NCBI GenBank assembly: GCA_963693055.1
Contig: OY843751.1
Span: 5,280,001-5,344,000 of the forward strand
Direction: 5' to 3'
From: a bacterium
Lineage (GTDB): Bacteria; Zhuqueibacterota; Zhuqueibacteria; Residuimicrobiales; Krinioviventaceae
DNA: 64,000 nucleotides
The notes under the pieces are model-generated. The model ran no database searches, was not told the DNA's origin, and worked only from the letters and a program-made list of their open reading frames with translations. Every line of letters starts with the position of its first letter. The stretch's first letter is position 1. Of the stretch, positions 60,501 to 64,000 are shown piece after piece. The position numbers were made by a program, and so were the translations under genes.

Positions 60501-60515
60501 GCAAAGAGTCTGCCA
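60501..60515 (-). promoter_or_regulatory. sigma54 -24/-12 promoter
   Basis: Minus strand TGGCAG-ACTCT-TTGC, near-consensus TGGCAC-N5-TTGC. Confidence 0.65.
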
Positions 60516-60604
60516 TGAATAGGATTCAGGCGATTCATGTGAAATTAATTCATGTTTTTTTTCAATCAATTTAGTATCTTTTAACAACTATTAAGGATGT
60601 TCTC

Positions 60605-61762
60605 GTGAAACAAAAATCAACTTTTCAGACCGGTAATGTAATCATAATCTCTTTCGCGCACATGGTGCACGATGTCTATTCTTCATTTCTGTCACCTATA
60701 CTTCCCCTGTTGATAGATAAGCTGGGCATAAGCTATGGAATGGTGGGGCTCTTGGTTGTTTTCCAACGTATCCCCTCGCTGTTAAATCCAATTGTAGGAA
60801 TTGTTGCTGAGCGCATGTCTTTGCGTTATCTGGTAATCATTGCTCCTGCAATAACTACCATCAGTATGAGTCTGTTGGGTATTGCACCAAACTATTGGGT
60901 GTTGGTATTGCTGCTGCTCATCATGGGGATTGGTTCTACGCTTTTCCACGTACCGGCACCAGTAATGATTCGGCAGGTCTCCGGAAACCAGACCGGTAAA
61001 GGCATGAGCTTTTTTATGCTGGGTGGTGAACTGGCAAGAACTTTGGGTCCCATTACTATTCTGGGCGCCGTGTCATGGTGGGGACTGGAAGGCAGTTACA
61101 AGCTTATTCCCCTGGGTTTGTTTTGCTCTGGCATACTTTATTTCAAATTCAAAAATATCAAGTTCCAAAAACCTTCAGTTGAGAAACAAAACTCTGTCAA
61201 AATCTGGAGCACGCTGCGCCAATATTCCAGCATATTCCTGCTCATTTCCGGTATTACCTTTTTCCGGGGTACCCTGCGAAATGCATTAATCACCTTTCTT
61301 CCAACATTTATGCACGAAGGCGGCAGCAGTCTCTGGATGGCTGGAATTTACCTGTCCATATTCCAATTTGCAGGTGCCGGAGGTACGCTGTTTTCCGGTA
61401 TCATTTCTGACAAGATTGGCCGCAGAGCTACTTTGGTTATAGCAGCTTTAGCTATCCCGGTTTTTATGTTAATATTCATGCAAACCAGCGGTATTTTCCA
61501 AATAGCTACCTTGATTATATTGGGATTTTTTATGTTTGCGTTTGGGCCGGTTCTGCTTGCAATATTCCAGGATTTGGATTCAGAATACCCCGCTTTTGTG
61601 AACAGTATCTATATGACACTAAACTTTATGATCAATTCACTGACTACTTTGATGATTGGTATAATGGGTGACAAGCTTGGTCTGGAACATACCTTTAGAA
61701 TTTCAATTTATTTTTCACTCGGTGTTATTCCCCTGGCATTTCTGCTTAAATTGAAAAAATAA
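60605..61762 (+). CDS. MFS transporter (Fsr fosmidomycin-resistance-like)
   Basis: AHMVHDVY, PILPLL, GSTLFH, GMSFFMLGGE, SDKIGRR; about 12 TM helices; GTG start. Confidence 0.88.
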   Translation: MKQKSTFQTGNVIIISFAHMVHDVYSSFLSPILPLLIDKLGISYGMVGLLVVFQRIPSLLNPIVGIVAERMSLRYLVIIAPAITTISMSLLGIAPNYWVLVLLLLIMGIGSTLFHVPAPVMIRQVSGNQTGKGMSFFMLGGELARTLGPITILGAVSWWGLEGSYKLIPLGLFCSGILYFKFKNIKFQKPSVEKQNSVKIWSTLRQYSSIFLLISGITFFRGTLRNALITFLPTFMHEGGSSLWMAGIYLSIFQFAGAGGTLFSGIISDKIGRRATLVIAALAIPVFMLIFMQTSGIFQIATLIILGFFMFAFGPVLLAIFQDLDSEYPAFVNSIYMTLNFMINSLTTLMIGIMGDKLGLEHTFRISIYFSLGVIPLAFLLKLKK

Positions 61763-61789
61763 AAAATCCCCCGCCTTTAGGACGGGGGA
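61761..61789 (-). terminator. intrinsic terminator
   Basis: Minus strand TCCCCCGTCC-TAA-AGGCGGGGGA followed by TTTTTT. Confidence 0.7.
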
Positions 61790-61796
61790 ACATTAG

Positions 61797-64000
61797 CTAA
61801 AACTCGAATTCTTTATAATTCACTTTATAAAAGCTGGCATAAAGCACGGGCACAACCCCTAATGTTAACAAGGTTGCAAACAACAATCCAAACATAATTG
61901 CCACGGCCATGGGCTCCCACATGGGTCCGCCACCCAGATACAATGGAATTAATCCACCTATCGTAGTAGCAGTTGTAAGTAAAATGGGCCGCATTCTGCG
62001 TTGAGCGGCTTCAACAACAGCCCGCTGTGGTGTTAATCCATTTTCTTCAATCTCTATGCGGATACGGTCAAGCAGCACAATAGCATTGTTAATTACCACT
62101 CCCGCCAAAGAGATTACCCCAAGTAATGTCATAAATCCAAAATAGGAACGGAGTGTCAACAAGCCTATGATAACGCCAATCATTCCCAGGGGGATGGTTA
62201 AAAGAATGATCAGCGGTTTTCGAATTGAATTAAACTGCCCTACCAGCAAAAGAACAATCAACAATCCTGCAATGGGCAATTTGGCATTAATAGAGTTATT
62301 GGCCTCTACTGAACTTTCCATTTCACCGCCCAGTTCATACCGGTAACCCACATCCCAGTTTTGGGATTCCTGTTGCAGCCACTCATTCAACGCCATGGAA
62401 ATCGCAATAGGTGTTGTACCGGACGTCACATCACATTTTACGGTTATCACCTTGAGCAGGTCCCTGCGCAGAATTTTTGACGGCTCCCAGGCAACTTTTA
62501 AATCTGCCACTTGCTTTAATGGTACGCTCTGACCGGTTTGCTGCGAATAGACATTCAACGTTTCAAGTTTGCCCACATCCTGGCGTTCTGCAGCTACCGA
62601 ACGCAGGGTAACGGGAATGATCTTGTCGTCTTCACGAAACTGCGTAATCTCTAATCCAGTCAATGCGGATTGTAATGATAGTGCAATATCCTGATTCGAA
62701 ACGCCCGCGCGTTTTGCTCGTGCCTGATTGATATTCACAATCAATTTTTTAGAGCGTAAACCCAAATCATTGTGAATATTCTTGGTACCCTCCATAGCTT
62801 CCATCTTGCCCATCACAATATCAGAGAGATCATAAAGCTTTTCCAGATCTTTGCCCATCAAGCGTATACTTACAGGTGCATCCGGTGGCGGCCCCATCTC
62901 TAGACGAGAAATCTCGGGGCGCACTTCGGGAAAATTTTCAATACAATACCGCTCGGTTTTGTCAATCAGTGTATCCATGGATACACCACCCGAGGTGGCA
63001 TTTACAATCAGACACGCATACCCCGGATTCGCCTGCTCAGGACTGAATCCTAACAAAAACGCTGGTGGTCCTTCACCAATATAGGTAGACCAGTTAAGAA
63101 TACCTTCTGTTCGTGTTGAATCCGCAACCAGTTCTTTATGAAAATAGTCTTCAATACTGCTCACTATTTCACGTGTTCTCTCAATACGGGTACCTTCCGG
63201 TAATATGATCTGTGCGGTAAAAATGGCCTTGTCATCTTCCGGAAAGAAAATATTGGGCAAAAACCGGAATCCCTGCATAGACACAAAAAACACAACAATA
63301 ACAATGATAATTGTGGCAAAACGGTGTTTTAACATTCTAATCAAAAATCCGCGATAAAACTGATAAAACCGACTGTTAAAGCTTTCCTCTTTTTGTTTTT
63401 GCTTCACTTTTAAAAACAAAACACAAAACAGTGGAATCATGGTTATGGACAAAACCCATGAACACAACAGAGTAATGGTTACTACCTTGAACAGGGGTGC
63501 GGTATATTCTCCCACACCCGATTCCGCCAAAAATATCGGCAAAAATGCTGCCGCAGTGGTCAGAGATGAAATCAACAGCGGCACCCGCAATTCGGAAGCC
63601 GAATCAATTGCGGCATCTTTGACGGATTTGCCTTCACTCATTTGGACCATAATGGATTCAGTCATAACTATGGCATTATCCACCAGCATGCCCAGCGCAA
63701 TGATCAATGAAGCAAGCGACATCTGGTCAAGCCCTATATCGAGAAACCCCATCACCATCAGCGACATAACCATGGCCATGGGAACAAGGGACGCAACAAT
63801 CATCCCCGTGCGCACTCCCAGAAAAACCAGCATCACCAACAGAACAATTGCAACTGCCTGCATCAGGTTATTGATAAAATCCTGGATCTTTTTGTCCACA
63901 TGATAAGGTTGAAATGCCACAAATTCAAACTCAATACCTATAGGGTAAACGGTTTGCAGATATGAGATCTTTTCTTTAACATCATTACCCAGGTTGATAA
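61797..64000 (-). CDS. RND efflux permease (AcrB/AcrD/AcrF family), 5' end outside the window
   Basis: ALGMLVDNAIV, SSLTTAAAFLP, GVVINNAIVL, RMRPILLT, PMAVAIMFGL; frame stays open to the window edge. Confidence 0.93.
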   Translation of the reverse strand, partial: INLGNDVKEKISYLQTVYPIGIEFEFVAFQPYHVDKKIQDFINNLMQAVAIVLLVMLVFLGVRTGMIVASLVPMAMVMSLMVMGFLDIGLDQMSLASLIIALGMLVDNAIVMTESIMVQMSEGKSVKDAAIDSASELRVPLLISSLTTAAAFLPIFLAESGVGEYTAPLFKVVTITLLCSWVLSITMIPLFCVLFLKVKQKQKEESFNSRFYQFYRGFLIRMLKHRFATIIIVIVVFFVSMQGFRFLPNIFFPEDDKAIFTAQIILPEGTRIERTREIVSSIEDYFHKELVADSTRTEGILNWSTYIGEGPPAFLLGFSPEQANPGYACLIVNATSGGVSMDTLIDKTERYCIENFPEVRPEISRLEMGPPPDAPVSIRLMGKDLEKLYDLSDIVMGKMEAMEGTKNIHNDLGLRSKKLIVNINQARAKRAGVSNQDIALSLQSALTGLEITQFREDDKIIPVTLRSVAAERQDVGKLETLNVYSQQTGQSVPLKQVADLKVAWEPSKILRRDLLKVITVKCDVTSGTTPIAISMALNEWLQQESQNWDVGYRYELGGEMESSVEANNSINAKLPIAGLLIVLLLVGQFNSIRKPLIILLTIPLGMIGVIIGLLTLRSYFGFMTLLGVISLAGVVINNAIVLLDRIRIEIEENGLTPQRAVVEAAQRRMRPILLTTATTIGGLIPLYLGGGPMWEPMAVAIMFGLLFATLLTLGVVPVLYASFYKVNYKEFEF

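Noticed and set aside
1206-63903. Numerous short antisense or overlapping ORFs in the six-frame track
   Set aside because: They are shadows of well-supported genes and show no motifs or translation signals

Overview
A gene-dense bacterial window of moderate GC. It holds three secreted proteins with the 'QNYPNPFN...FlgD-like' C-terminal sorting domain, a PorV-like barrel, many glycoside hydrolases and a superoxide reductase. This suggests an anaerobic FCB-related heterotroph such as KSB1 or Calditrichota (inference). Main contents: an ECF sigma/anti-sigma/lipoprotein operon; an Rrf2(CymR-like)-metY-cysK-metX-metW operon; GH78, GH27, GH31, GH65-like and two DUF1080 enzymes; an orphan sbcD; a second ECF sigma next to neelaredoxin; patB, upp, yaiI; a convergent FolC-like/ATP-grasp pair; a 14-repeat secreted propeller protein; MFS and partial RND transporters; and one rve/DDE insertion sequence of about 1.48 kb. 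I found no rRNA, tRNA or CRISPR array. The notable non-coding signals are (i) several REP-like palindrome families, including a GTGACGGAGA...TCTCCGTCACGATC family with six copies, two of which bracket an extremely AT-rich orphan gene, and (ii) three sigma54-like -24/-12 promoters, one apparently driving a structured, terminated small RNA of about 170 nt at 19245-19418. All calls come from reading motifs by eye; no database searches were run.
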